From: Phallusia mammillata
Taxonomy: Eukaryota
Assembly: GCA_965637545.1 (NCBI GenBank)
Contig: OZ281495.1
Coordinates: 21,886,001-21,950,000 of the forward strand
Length of the DNA stretch: 64,000 nucleotides
Direction of reading: 5' to 3'
The notes beneath the pieces are model-generated. The model made no database searches. It had not been told where the DNA came from and worked only from the letters and a program-made list of their open reading frames with translations. How positions within the stretch are numbered: the first letter of the stretch is position 1; every line of letters begins with the position of its first letter. Shown here piece after piece: positions 12,037 through 24,764 of the stretch. Made by a program: the position numbers and the translations under genes.

Positions 12037-15000
12037 ATGGTGTGTTCCACGACATGGTTTCAAATAATATTTATATTATTTCTCAATGGTAGGTATTTGT
12101 TTTGTTTGCAACTTAATTTGTTTCAGATAATAATACACTACAGTTGGTGTTATTTTTTGTACCGTTAAAATTATTGCACTGAACCACAAAAAAACAATTG
12201 ATTAGTATTACAATACGGCAAGTATTATTACCCATTTTTGTGGGGTATGTCAGGAGTAAGTTTAGTTGATTCACGTTTTGTTTACGTATTGTAAAAGTTG
12301 AGTGCCATAAATGAGATTAACAACACACGGTTCCGTTAAAGACATCCATCAGAAAGGGGATTTTAGGTTCGGCATGATTCGGCCGAAATTATGTGACCAT
12401 GTAGTTGAATATTTCGCTTCGGGCCGAATCTTTTGGGGTGGGATCGGTACATCAGTAATTATAACACTTGAGCAATTCGTTGTAAAAGAAATACTAGTAT
12501 ATCTTATCGCTTGCAATTTATTCTAAAATTATTGAGCAGCTGTTCTTTGCATTTTGCACAAACTTTGCATACTGCAAAGCGCTCGTGCGATGAAAATTTA
12601 CCACACCTATCCAGTGTTTTTTTAAGGTGTTTTGGGGGACCGAAACGGTCCCCCAAATTTCTCCAGCGGTTTCCCAAAATTGCCAGTAGCCTAATAAATA
12701 ATTCGTTTAAGCAAATATGGCTATTTTTTGGTATTTAAATGAAATACTTGCGGTCTCCTAAAACTACTTAGCGGTCACCCAAACCAAACCTTAAAAAAAA
12801 CCTGCACCTATCTATCAACAGGGCTGAACAAGGCGGCGACAAACTTAAAACCCAATAAACTTCAAGATTACGAAGTTGTTTATCCGAAACAACGAATTAA
12901 TGGAGTTTGGAGTAATGATCTATCGACAAAAACCAAAAATACGGTTTGATATCTTTAAAACAAAACAATTTCCGAGGTACAACAAATGCAACATTTTTTT
13001 CCAGAACTATGATGGTTTTCACAAAAAACATGTGATCTTACAGCTGGAAACAATGGGTCGCGTTTTCGAGTTAAAACTAACCCTTAACTTGGATATCCTT
13101 GATGAACTATTGGTAACAGTGCACGAGTCCTCCGGAAAAGCTTCGTTTCCGGACAGAAAAGTTCGTTTTAAGAATTTTTGTAACTTTACCATGTGTTTTT
13201 AATGCTCATTACGTTACAGAATATGAATTTTTGTTTTTATGGCGGCAAAGTGTTTGAATATGAAAAGGAAGTAGGGATGGTTGCAATGAAAACGTGCGAA
13301 GGACTGGAGTAAGTCACTTGTAACTCTCAAATCACCACAAACTTTATTTCAGTCGTAATTATACAGAGGTTACCTCATGATTAACGACCTTAATGAAACA
13401 ATAGTCATAAAACCAGATGTTGAAAACGCTAACCGACACATTACTCAACTCGGAGAAAAGCTACCTGAAGGAGAACTCAAACAATGTTTCCAACTTGACA
13501 TGTCAAAAACACTGGACATCGAAATGAGTATTTTTTAATTTTCTTAAAATGTATGTTAATTTCCAAAAAAATCTTAAAGTTTCGTTTATAACTTGAGCTC
13601 CTAAACCAACAAATCGGCAAGGCAACAAAAAGTGAAGTTTAAGCGCAAAATGGTTGTTGCATCTTACATATCCTACCTCTTTAGCGAATAAACCTGACGT
13701 TGTCGCGTGCATTCATTTAAACATTGTTGCGCTTAGATCGTCCCAATCTCAGAAAAAGGCGAAGCGTTTTAACAGAGATTAAATACATCGAAGTCATGTT
13801 TGTCATCACATTTGATCTGGTAAGACGTTTAAAAGTAGTTTAATCGGATTCAAGCAATGAAAACTACTACCTAAATAAATAAGTTTTATGCGTTTGCAGT
13901 ATTCTAACTTTGCTGAAAACCAATTGAAAGAAATGATGTTTGAATATGCTAATGCCATGGATTGCCTATTTCAACCGATAAACATTAGGATTGTCCTAAG
14001 CAGCGTAGTGTTTTTCGACAAACAGTATTTGTTCAATGTATCATCACCTTTACAGGTAAGATTTTTTCCGTTAATCGCTAGACAACAAATGCAAATTACT
14101 TAGTTGTAGCATATGCAGTTAACATTATGCATGTAAGCATGTTAATGCGGTGTACAACGAGGAGAGATATATTAAGTGCGGTGTTCGACAACAAACTTTC
14201 CACAGCCCTTAAGTAGAAATAAAACCGTCCCCTTAACAAAACACCACAACTTCGCACTTTCAATATAATTTCAATGTCACCAGACTTTATTGGATTTTGC
14301 TGAATATCGTCTGCTTCAACTTGCAAAATCATCGGAAAACTCTTCCTGGCACAAATCCGACGTATCGATTTTGCTCTCATACGGGTCATACATAGACAGA
14401 GACAGCACATCGTCCACGCTGGGGATTGCTTTTCCCACACAAATGTGTCAAACGTCTTCAGTAGCCTACAGCAGTGTAAGTTGCATCGTCATGAAGCTGA
14501 CGGTCACGGTCACTTTAATTTTCCAAACAACCAAGCCTGGTGTGTATTAGGTCCGAAAAAATAACCGATTACCATTCGTAACTACACTAGTTCTGGTTCA
14601 CGAAGTTGGCCACGTGCTTGGAATACAACACGACAAAGAAAACTGCGTTTGTGAACAACCGTACTGCATGATGAGCGCCTATTTAAAATCGTAAGTATAT
14701 TTATGCTATCGATAAAAATAAATTTACAATCATTTTCGAAATGTGCGTTTTCGAAAAAATCTCAACATTCGAGTTTCATAGTTGTTTAAAACAGATTAAG
14801 TCAGACACACTGGTCCAACTGCAGTAAGCAGGAGTTAAACCTCGAACTGGAGATAAGCACCGGTGCATGTTTACTCAATAAACCTACTTCGATGCTGCCG
14901 ACCGTTGAATGCGGAAACAAGTTTGTGGAAGCAGGTGAAGAGTGCGACTGTGGCACTGCAGAAGAGTGCAAAAGGTAGAGTAAGATTTACTGCTGGGTAT

Positions 15001-18000
15001 CATCGTGAAAAGTGGATGTGTTATTAGACCTACTTAAAATCTATACCACATACGTCAACTTTATACTGTTAAGTTAGAAAACAACCTTCTTTTGATAATT
15101 GATAAAAAAGATCAAAGATGAAAGAATATGTGTTTTGCCTCAGCCGTTCCAACAACACACATACAAAGTTCGCTTGGGTCATGAGCTAAAAATATGACCC
15201 ATGGCTGTAAATACTTGTCGCATATTTTTATGATTACCAGCGGCGCGTAAAGACTGGTGACTGAAATTGAACGTTCACATAGGATAAAAAAACGCCCTTT
15301 CTGATAAAACATCTGATTGAAGGCCTTCTTACCATTGCAACAAGATACAAATCACAAATTCCCACCACAAGAGCTACAACAATGAAGTAAAATGTATCAC
15401 GACATGTAACTTAACATCAGGATCTATTGCACAAAACTATGAACCAATCTTAACAAAACTAGAAACAGTATTTTGATGTAGTCACTTTAAATAAAATGCG
15501 TATTCAACTCAGCTTTTGTTGCAATCCACACACCTGTAAGTTATGGGAATTTGCTGAGTGTGACGAGGAAGCTTGCTGCGATCAAAAGACGTGTAGGAGG
15601 GCGCCACCTGGTGTTCTGTGCAGGGAGCTTTGTGATCGTGATTGCGATTTGCCGGAGTATTGCGACGGCGAAAATGTTATGGTGCGTTCGCTGCATTAAA
15701 TTACATGATACTTTGCTGCTTCCTGTCACTAGCTTCTACAAATATTTTTTTGTACCAAACACATTTGTTAAACTACACAGTAAGCATCAATTGCTGTTGC
15801 GGCGTAACAAACCTTTATAACTGCGTTTTCTGGATGCATTGTAGTGTCCAGCGAATAGGATTGCGATGGACGGAACATGGTGTAATTCGGGAATGGACCT
15901 CTGCAAAGATGGGTATTGTATGACAAGGGATAAGCAGTGTGGGATAATTTTTCAAAAAGGTGAAAAAAATATTTTGTTCGTACAATAAAATTTGACAAAC
16001 CTAATTTTTTGTATTTTCTTTCTTGAAAAACACTTTTTGCTTTGAATGTAACCGCAGGTGCTGTAAAGGGGCACGAGTTGTGCTATCTCTTGAATGTAGT
16101 TGGATTTCAAGGAGGCAACTGCGGAGCAACAACCAACGGATCATTCATACCCTGTTCTTTGGAGTAAGTCCGGTATATTGTACTAACAGTTTCTTTGCAA
16201 CAAAGCCATATGCTTATACACTAAGAAAGATAGATTCCCCTAGTAATCCGTTTCATAGGCGCCGAGTAGGCGGTGGCGGGCTTGCGCCGTCCCCCTGGGT
16301 TTGTCAAGCACGGTGGCGGCCAGCGTGTAAATTTGGGTTAGTTTATAGCCGTATCGTACGAAATATCGTAAAATCTGAAGAATATTAACAACAATTGTGC
16401 CATTTAACGAGCGTGCTGGCGATTCAGCCACAAAACTTGGCTAAAAACTGCAACTTGTTGTGGTTAGTGCCTTGTTTATGACGTTTAACACACAATTGTC
16501 TCAGTGAATGTTCGGCCATTGTTGTGTACAATGCAAATGTGTTGTAATAAATGGTTATCTAACGTGATTTAAAGCAGCAACAACTTGACGAAACACTTTT
16601 GAACGTTGCTAAACCAATAATAAACGCTACAGCAACATGTTGCAATTGCCAGCTAAATATTATTTCAAACATATTGCTTTTTTCTTCTAATTTTGACGAA
16701 CGTTGCATTCCATGGAAAGTTTGGGCTTTGAGTTCTTGTGGTTGTACGCATTAGTGACGTCACACAAAGTGACGTCATATTTTACGTCCACCACCTTGCT
16801 TTTTTGCAAAACTCGGCGCCTATGGTCCGTTTTATATTTACTAGCTCCTACTTAATGGTTGATTTCATGTCGCACTTGGATTTACATATGTTACTCAGCA
16901 CAAATGTTTCTCAATACGTGTGTGTTTAACCTAGTAACGCTTTTGTTATTCATTCTTTTAATTTGGAAGGACACGTAGGTGAAAAGCACGAAATACGTTT
17001 GTTAATTTCACAATTATGCCAAACCATCAAAGCATCGTGGAAACTGACATTATCTGACCGAAACACGTAAAGCAACGACTGAACATAAGTAACGGTTAAA
17101 TACCTTAAAATGCACTAATGAAAGGAGCGTAAAAGAAACGTGCCTGTTCCCTTTAGGAAAGGGTGTCTATGATGACAATGAACCTAGCTGGCTTAAACCA
17201 CGCGGTCGTTAATTGCCATATTTTTTATCAGCAAGGTTGTATTATGTTTTCAACAACAGAAACCAGGATTGTGGAAAACTGTTTTGCGACAATGTTACTG
17301 GATTTCGTGTTATGCAATCAATGAACTCGTATGGTGAAATACTAAACTTTTCTGGACATGCATGTACGTATGCACACACACCAGAAACCCCAGGAGCAGA
17401 CGCGTATTACGTAAAGGATGGAACAGCATGCAGCACAAACGGCGTAAAATGTTTAACAATATTAACTGTTGAAAGAAAACGTTTTGTTATGTTACGTAAT
17501 ATTAGTAAAACAAGAGGTACAGTTCGATAGATTGGCATAAATAATTTTTTGTCACATTTAAATTTAAAAGAGAATTCATTTGATGTTGGTGTTCTCAAAC
17601 ACCATGAGATATATTTTTTCGCCAGCAACACTACGACGGCGCATATCAGTTCACAAAGTTGTAAAAATTATGAACGTTTAGAAACGCTACAAACGTTTTG
17701 TTTAGGTTTGCAACCAAACTGTATGTGAAGAAACGCCTTTAAACGTTTGTCCCAATTGCAGCTTGGCAACAGGGGTAAGTCAAACGTATTAAATGAAGCT
17801 CACGATATAATCGATCGTTAACCTTTACGCAACTAAAAAGGGAGAAAATGCCTTTTTTGATTTCACAACATTATGTGAACCTGTAAACAAAGGCTCACAA
17901 ATACTAAGCGTTATAATTTACGACTATACCTGATAGGTTTGCAATGATATTGGGCACTGTCACTGCCATCCCTTCTACAAAGGAGAAAATTGCAGTGTAT

Positions 18001-20166
18001 TTGACCCATCAGCTGCCGGAGGTAGTCCCGAGAGTGGCCCAGCACCTTTGTCTTTTCCAGGTACATGCAAAAGCATTTTCGTTCATTACATCCCACAAAA
18101 TGTGGTTTACGTATTTTTAGATTGCTCTGGCTACAATGTGACAGACAAATGGGATTCGTTTTCAGACATTGTATCTGAAATCAACCTAAACGTAATGTGT
18201 GGTATGGTGACGTACGTAAGGTAGGAAATGTAACATCGTATACAGGACAAAAAAATATCAAATTACTTATTTGCTGTATGTTATCATGCACTTATTTGTG
18301 TTATTATCTTGAAAATGCAGTTTAGATCTTTGCCCATTTATTGCTCGAGGGTACAAGGTTGAGGATCTTGCTCTGTATGACAGGAATTTGACTTTTAATC
18401 CCTTGTTTAAAGTATGATGAGCTTTGCCTTTGGTTACAAACTTATTTTTGGCTTTTATACCTTAATTTATTGTTTTGAGCTGCAAAATGTTCAACCGGAA
18501 TGTGTAATGCAGTCAGAACCATTTGTGGAAGTTGCCGCGCCAAGAGGGAAAATCGTAATATCCAATACTTTGGCTCTTGAACGTTGTGGAAGTCAAGTAA
18601 AGGTAGTGTACTGCCAAAACAAAATGAATGTGGCGGGGGTTGCACGAAATTAGACCAACAAGGATCTAACAAACAACGAAATGATTTAAAATATGACATA
18701 AGATCAAAACAATCAGTAAAAAATAATAGATATTTAATACGTCCGATGCATTTATACCACAATATATAACAGACAAACGGAAGCTGGACGACTTTTACAC
18801 ATCAATTACGAACAATTAAACCTGCAGCAGTCGACACGAGCAACACAATTGCAAGATCGTCCCCAGCGTTTATCATAGACATTGCCTGCACTTACGACTC
18901 GGAACTGACTGACATAATTAAAAACCGACCTATTCTTCGGTAAATAATTCATCCATACAGTAGCATACAATAGCGTTTTTATTAGGGCAAATTAACACAA
19001 TTATCGCTTCACTGTATAATCATATTACAACAAAATATGACCTCAACGTTGAGTAAAACAACATTTTTTTAATTTTATTAAGAAAATTAAATAAGTTTTG
19101 TAGTTAACCTGGCAAATACTTTTTTGGTCTGACATTAGTTGTACATTTTTGGAGCAAAAGACCGTGAATAACTACTGGTTTTTATTTTTAATTTGTTCAG
19201 GTGTACGTTGGACGCTGATATATCACGCGTTGGAAGCCAAGTTTTGCAACTACAGGCTTACCCCACTAATTTGTATGAGGAGCCTTATAGCGAACGACAA
19301 CCAACACAAATCTCGGTGGGAGAAAGAGTTTTCGTCAAGGCTGAACTAAAATCATATTACACAAAGCTAGTGTTGCAGGTGTGGGTGTAAAGCCAGAAAA
19401 TTGCGCCAGAAACGCTCTTAAACTATTATTTTTAGTTGATCAACTGTTGGGTTACCTCAGGTCCTTCACCAAACGACCCGTGCGCATTTAACATCATACA
19501 AAATGGGTATCTATGCTCATATACTTATATTTTTGTGTGTTGTTGTTATCATCCGTTTTACTAGGTGTGCCGTATCTGATGCCCTAGGCGTTGCAGGTGG
19601 AAATATCGTTTACAACAACTGTTTCTCAATGCATGCCAATTTTTCCTTTGTTGCCTTTTTCTGGGCAAAGTTACCTGCACAAGAAATGTACCTGCACTGC
19701 CAGACCCGCGTATGTCACAGAGATACGGAGGATTGCTCATGTCCGGTCGGTAGCAATCTGTGCAAGTATAGTAGTGTATAATTTCTGTAAACACCAAAAA
19801 CCAAACAAACTAAGAAGTTGTTAACGTGGTAAAACCTAATGGTTTGATATACATTTAACGTTTTTAAACATTCTGGGCAATAAACAACAAGTTCGTATGT
19901 CGTAAAAAAAATTTCACGTTTCGTTATATTTGCTACCGTCCTCATCAGGACAGTGAAACCAAGGGTTTAACTTGTTGTCTCGTAAAACAGTAAGAAAGGG
20001 TTGATGTAAAATTACAAGTTAAAGCTATTTCTTTTTTAAGTTCTTAAAAGATAATCTTAAAATTAAGTGTTATTTACAGAGTTGCAATGCAAAACGACGG
20101 CGCAGATCAGTTCAAAACAGAAATGAAATTACCAGCAGCCTGGGGCCCTTTACTGTGAAAAGATAA
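12037..20166 (+). CDS. Secreted ADAM metalloprotease-disintegrin fused to a C-terminal ZP module, copy 2 (24 exons, apparently intact)
   Basis: Signal MVCSTTWFQIIFILFLNG; DYEVVYPK; NFCFYGG...KTCEGLEG; furin RKRR then IKYIEVMFV; HEVGHVLGIQHD (14599-14634) and CMM; CGNKFVEAGEECDCG...DCDLPEYC; GGNCG, CGKLFC; EGF and GGSPESGP; ZP motifs VMCG, ERCGS, IACTY, NCWVT, NFSFVAF, YLHCQTRVC; last exon SCNAKRRRRSVQNRNEITSSLGPFTVKR*. Exon structure matches copy 1. Confidence 0.92.
12612..12804. mobile_element. Non-autonomous hAT-type MITE in intron 1 of ADAM-ZP copy 2
   Basis: TIRs CAGTGTTTTTTTAAGG / CCTTAAAAAAAACCTG; perfect 8-bp TSD CACCTATC; related inverted copy at 63090-63235. Confidence 0.88.
16254..16824. 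mobile_element. Non-autonomous hAT-type element in an intron of ADAM-ZP copy 2
   Basis: 14-bp TIR CATAGGCGCCGAGT / ACTCGGCGCCTATG; TSD ATCCGTTT / GTCCGTTT (7/8). Confidence 0.85.
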
Positions 20167-20198
20167 TTTTGGCTTTTGAGTTTTTTGTTTATTCTGTG

Positions 20199-20204
20199 CA
20201 ATAA
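20199..20204 (+). terminator. Polyadenylation signal AATAAA of ADAM-ZP copy 2
   Basis: AATAAA about 33 nt after the TAA stop at 20164-20166. Confidence 0.6.
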
Positions 20205-20501
20205 ATATTTAAACAGTTTGGCGTATAAATTAACGTTTTGTGGGAGGTATATGGTAAAACATGTGACAGATCTTTGTTTAATTTAACAAAAAACGAACAT
20301 GTTTTCGTAAAACATGTAGTTTGCAATAACTTATTAATTAACTTTGATGTAAAAGAAAACATCACTCTCAGTTTAATGCAGGTCGTTTATTTTTCATATG
20401 TTAGTGCCGATGAACAACAAATGATTAGTTTTAGACACACGTGCAAATGGCTTTGAATCAATAAGCATGCAAAAGCTTGGTTTCGTGACGACAGCTAAAC
20501 T

Positions 20502-22429
20502 TTATCCTTGAGCCCTCAAGTAGCGAAGAAGCTGTTCAATAAGACTGCGAAGTTGATCGCTGGTCAAATCATTAGGCTTTTGGTCTGGTTTTGACTTCGG
20601 TGGCATGATTGTGGACTTTGCAGGCCCACCCTGGCACTGACGACGACAGAGCGAGTACTTTCGACCGGCCTCAAAGCTCTTATACCCACCAGCAGGAACA
20701 CATTGATCGCAGGTTGAGCAGTCGACAGTCTGTGGCTGCTGTTGGCGACCTTGTTGCAGTTGCTCGCGAGTGCAGTCGCCGGGACGAAGGTTTGCCTGGG
20801 TCGCTTGCTGTTGACGAGCGAAAAAGTTAAAAAAGGGAAAACCACTGTTAGTGCCCTGTGTGGACGGCGCCTGTCTTCCTGCAACACGCTTCTCTCCTGG
20901 ACATTCCGACTTAAAACCCTCAGATGATCCACCCAGTCCAGAAGGCCTTTGGCCATTGGGTGGTCCAAAACCGAAACGAGGTCTGTTTCCATAGGGAAAC
21001 CCTTGGCCACCACTAGGAGGTCCACGACCACCGCTAGGAGGGCCGCGACCACCACTAGGAGGCCCGCGACCACCAAAGAAACTTCCCATGTTGTCTGGTC
21101 GGGCGTTCTGGCCCCGACGGTTGGTGCAATTCGGCAATTGGAGAAGACCGCATTCCAAGCAATCGCAGCATCTGCAATCACAATTTTAAACGAATTTATA
21201 AACGTATAAAAGTAAACATATCAGGCTAACTGTGTCTTACCGGGGCTCAAGAGGAATTCCTTTAAAGCAGGGAACAACATGGTCTCTACCATTGGTTTCG
21301 CCAAACAAAGAAACATAACGATATTGCGACGGATCATCGTTGGGCTGAACAAAGAAAATAGCAGTGTTATAAGTGCAACAAAGTGTTTAGCATTTTTGTT
21401 CTTACCATAAAACCACCACACTCGTCTAGAACTTGCTTGATACCATCGTACATATCCGAGTCATAAATTGGAAATCCGTCTTCTGCCACGCCAATAATGT
21501 GAGGAGTGGTGGGGTCGTATGGAACACCTAGGCACCTTTATTTAAAGGTATGATATTTTTAACAACGGAGATAACAACAAAATTCTTAAAATTAGAAGCT
21601 ACATTCTGTTCCCAAATTATTTACTATGGTGTAAAAATATCACAAGGTAAAAATTATGTTAAAAAATCACACTGCTTAAAAAAACTCACGATAGTGCCTA
21701 CAAATTGCATCAAAAAGCAAAAACTTACGTGGTGTTTGGTGCACGATGAAAGTGATATTCTCCATGAGGGCTAGGATGGCCATTGCAACCATCAAACGTA
21801 CCCTCGGGCATGCTGTTCACATCCACACAGTCCGCTTCAAGATGATTGTAAAAGGCTGTTCCGCTCGTTGCAAACCCTGTGAAAAATATTTTTCTATTTA
21901 AACGCGTTAACATTTTATCATAACACATTATTGCTGGAATAAAAGTCGAAGTTTTTACATAGTCTTTAAGTTTTTAAATATCCTAAAACTAGCTTTGAAA
22001 AGTGTCAACAACATAGCCGGTTACGTACCAACAGACCCCATTGGAGCACAATAAGTTTCAGTTCTGGAAGCAACTGGGGAGCGTGGAATAATCATTGATT
22101 TGGCACGGGTGCAGATTCTTGCATCAGGTCGGCAACAGTTCATATCAGTGTTGTAGCAATCACCTACAGAAAACAAATGTTTGGAACTTTTACAAAACAC
22201 GGTAAATAGATAATATTGCATACACTTTTGACTTACTTGTTTCATGTTCTGGAACACCACTGATTGTTATCTTATAGTTTCCCTCAAATTTCTCGATGGT
22301 AAAAGCACTTGTGTTACGAATCGATCCTTGCAAGTTGTACTTCAAGATAAAGAATTCACGATCCGTAAGTGCCAAAGAACCAGTCACCAAACTTAGGACG
22401 AACACAAAACGCAAGACAGAGGCCAACAT
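20502..22429 (-). CDS. Secreted YHYH-domain protein with Gly/Arg/Pro-rich and Cys-containing C-terminal tail (6 exons)
   Basis: Signal MLASVLRFVFVLSLVTGSLA; spliced frame gives ITISGVPEH, PMGSVGFATSGTAFYN, FDGCNGHPSPHGEYHFH, IIGVAEDGFPIYD, LDECGG, QYRY, PCFKG, matching the motif series of the YHYH family; last exon is the 20502-21158 ORF frame. Confidence 0.82.
21005..21075 (-). repeat. Coding 21-bp tandem repeat x3 (GGRGPPS)
   Basis: GGRGPPSGGRGPPSGGRGPPSGG in the last exon of the YHYH gene. Confidence 0.85.
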
Positions 22430-24764
22430 TTCTTGACTTAGTCGCTGTAAAAGTGATGTTCAGCAAGCAAAGTTGAGTGCGCAGTTGATACGGAACTGTA
22501 CCCAACAAGCACCTTATATATACTTTTCGCACATGCACCGTGAACTACAACGGTGCTCCGAAAATATACAAACGCCCCCGGCCGACGCCGCAGGGCTTCT
22601 ATTTATGCGAATCCAAGAAAAATGTTTCGCAACAAGCACATTGGCGGGGTGGGCTACATTACAAGCCTTCGCATTGTATAAATCTTTTTCCTATCTCACT
22701 AAAACAGGTGAAACGAAAGACAACATAAAAGATCTACAAACTGAACTAATGATTTTGTTGTTTCGTTTTGTTGTTTAAAAGCCATGCACAAACACGAGTT
22801 TGCAAATCAGTTCCATTGAATGTACTCCTGCTAACGGTTAGTAGTACTGTTAAGGGTTTCTTGATCCACACACAAACATTAACAAAACTTTTCAGGCTAT
22901 GTACTCGGGTGCGTCCCGGGTTCAAAACCCGCCACAAAAAATGCAATCAATAACCACCGTTCTAATCAAAGCTAAAAACTTAAAACAAAAATTGATTGTC
23001 TGAAACATGCCAGTCTTTTAACAATCAGTGTTTTTCAAATTTACGGTTACGTTACACGTTTTTTAGTCAAAAAGAATTTAGAAGTGCTGCAGAGAACAGC
23101 TGACGTCCAAGGTCGCAAGAAGTTGTTATGCCGGCAAAAGATTATTTAATGGCGCAGGCAGTTGCATTTAGATACATTTATAATGGTTTAAAATCTTCAA
23201 CAAAGCCCTAAATTTGAACAGTGTTCACATCAGGAAACCAGAGCGACAGTGACGTCAGATTGACGTAGCAGGGTCGATAAAAATATTTTTTAGTCTTTTT
23301 AATCTTCTTACTTTAAATTGCCACGAAAACATGCAGCTATTTCTATTGCGATAATATCGGGTTTGCATTGCCCAAGCCGTGTGATATATAAGGATATCCG
23401 GTATTGGATGTGGCTAACGCTTGCGGGCATTTGCGTCACAATGGACGATTAAATTAGTATCACTTGACCCTTCAGGTCCCCAAATCGACCAAGTTGGCAA
23501 CATATTGTGCTAAAAACGAGAGACGTCATAAATAGAAAAGCGTATGAACTAAAATAAATCTCCTACGTTAAATATTGTCTTTAAAATAGATTTGATCAAA
23601 GCAAAAAATACTTTGGAACACGTTTTCAAAAATTTTAAACAGGCATATTTCATAGCAGTTTCGTCAATGGGTCGCTTACAAAAAATTGTATGTGTATATA
23701 TTTTAACACCAATTTACCCAGGATTTTTCCTAATTTCTGCATTTTTAACGACCAAACGCGGTTTTCCAAACCAACAAAAAATGTCACCTTGCACATCTTA
23801 TCCAATATTGACCGTGCAAACTTTTAGTAAAACACTAGCTTATGAAAAATGTTTTAGAAGTGCTTAAACATGCTAGTTTAAACTGCACAACATCACTAAT
23901 TATATAATTAATAAAGTATATGAAATAAAACTTAACCATGTATGTTTTATGCCTGAAATTATACAGAAACCAATAAACACTACATGTTTGTGTTTTAGCA
24001 ACCATGTCAAACAACATTTAATGTCCACAAACAAATACCAACTAGAACGGTGGCTTAGAACATTTTGTGGTTGCACATACACTATAACATATTTTAAAAC
24101 ATTAATATATTTCCTATGCTTATTTTATACTGGGTCCCATATTATCCACCGTCTTATATAACCTTGGTTGTTTCTGCAGGCAGAAACTCATGGGTCCCCA
24201 CACATGCAAAGTTGAAAATAATGTATTTCAAGAGATAACCACGTGAAAGTTGGGTGTTGTAAGGCAAAACACAGTGATCGACACCAGACTTAAACAATAA
24301 TACTACATAGAATGGCATTTAGTGTTTATCAGAGGATCTTTCCCGTAAATAGTAGGCATCTTCTGTCGACGATCACTGATTAAATAGTGAATTATCTGTC
24401 CCCCTTTTTTTCTGTGTGCGCACCGATCCCTTATCGCTTTTGGCAGTCTTTGTCCTTCGTATGGCTTAGACGTAGTTTAGAACTTGCGTAGTTAGCAGCG
24501 GTTGTAGCAGGTTGCTGTTTCCTTTTTGGTGTGTTGCTAATTTTGATTGGCTTTATTACTTGGTTTTGGTTTTACTTTTACACCCGTTGTTTGACAGACG
24601 ACTGATGATGCCCTTACGGGTGAAATATATATCGTTAAATAACATTTGTTGACTGATTCTGGTTAGGAAGCGCTGTTGCTTCGTCAATTATTCTTAATAC
24701 TACGTAGAGTACAAACTATACAAATCGATTTTACCCCACATATTGTTTGAAGTATGTCCTATTC

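Noticed and set aside
20564-21181. 205-aa alternative-frame ORF with a hydrophobic stretch
   Set aside because: Shadow frame of the GGRGPPS repeat; splice phase from the upstream exon selects the 20502 frame
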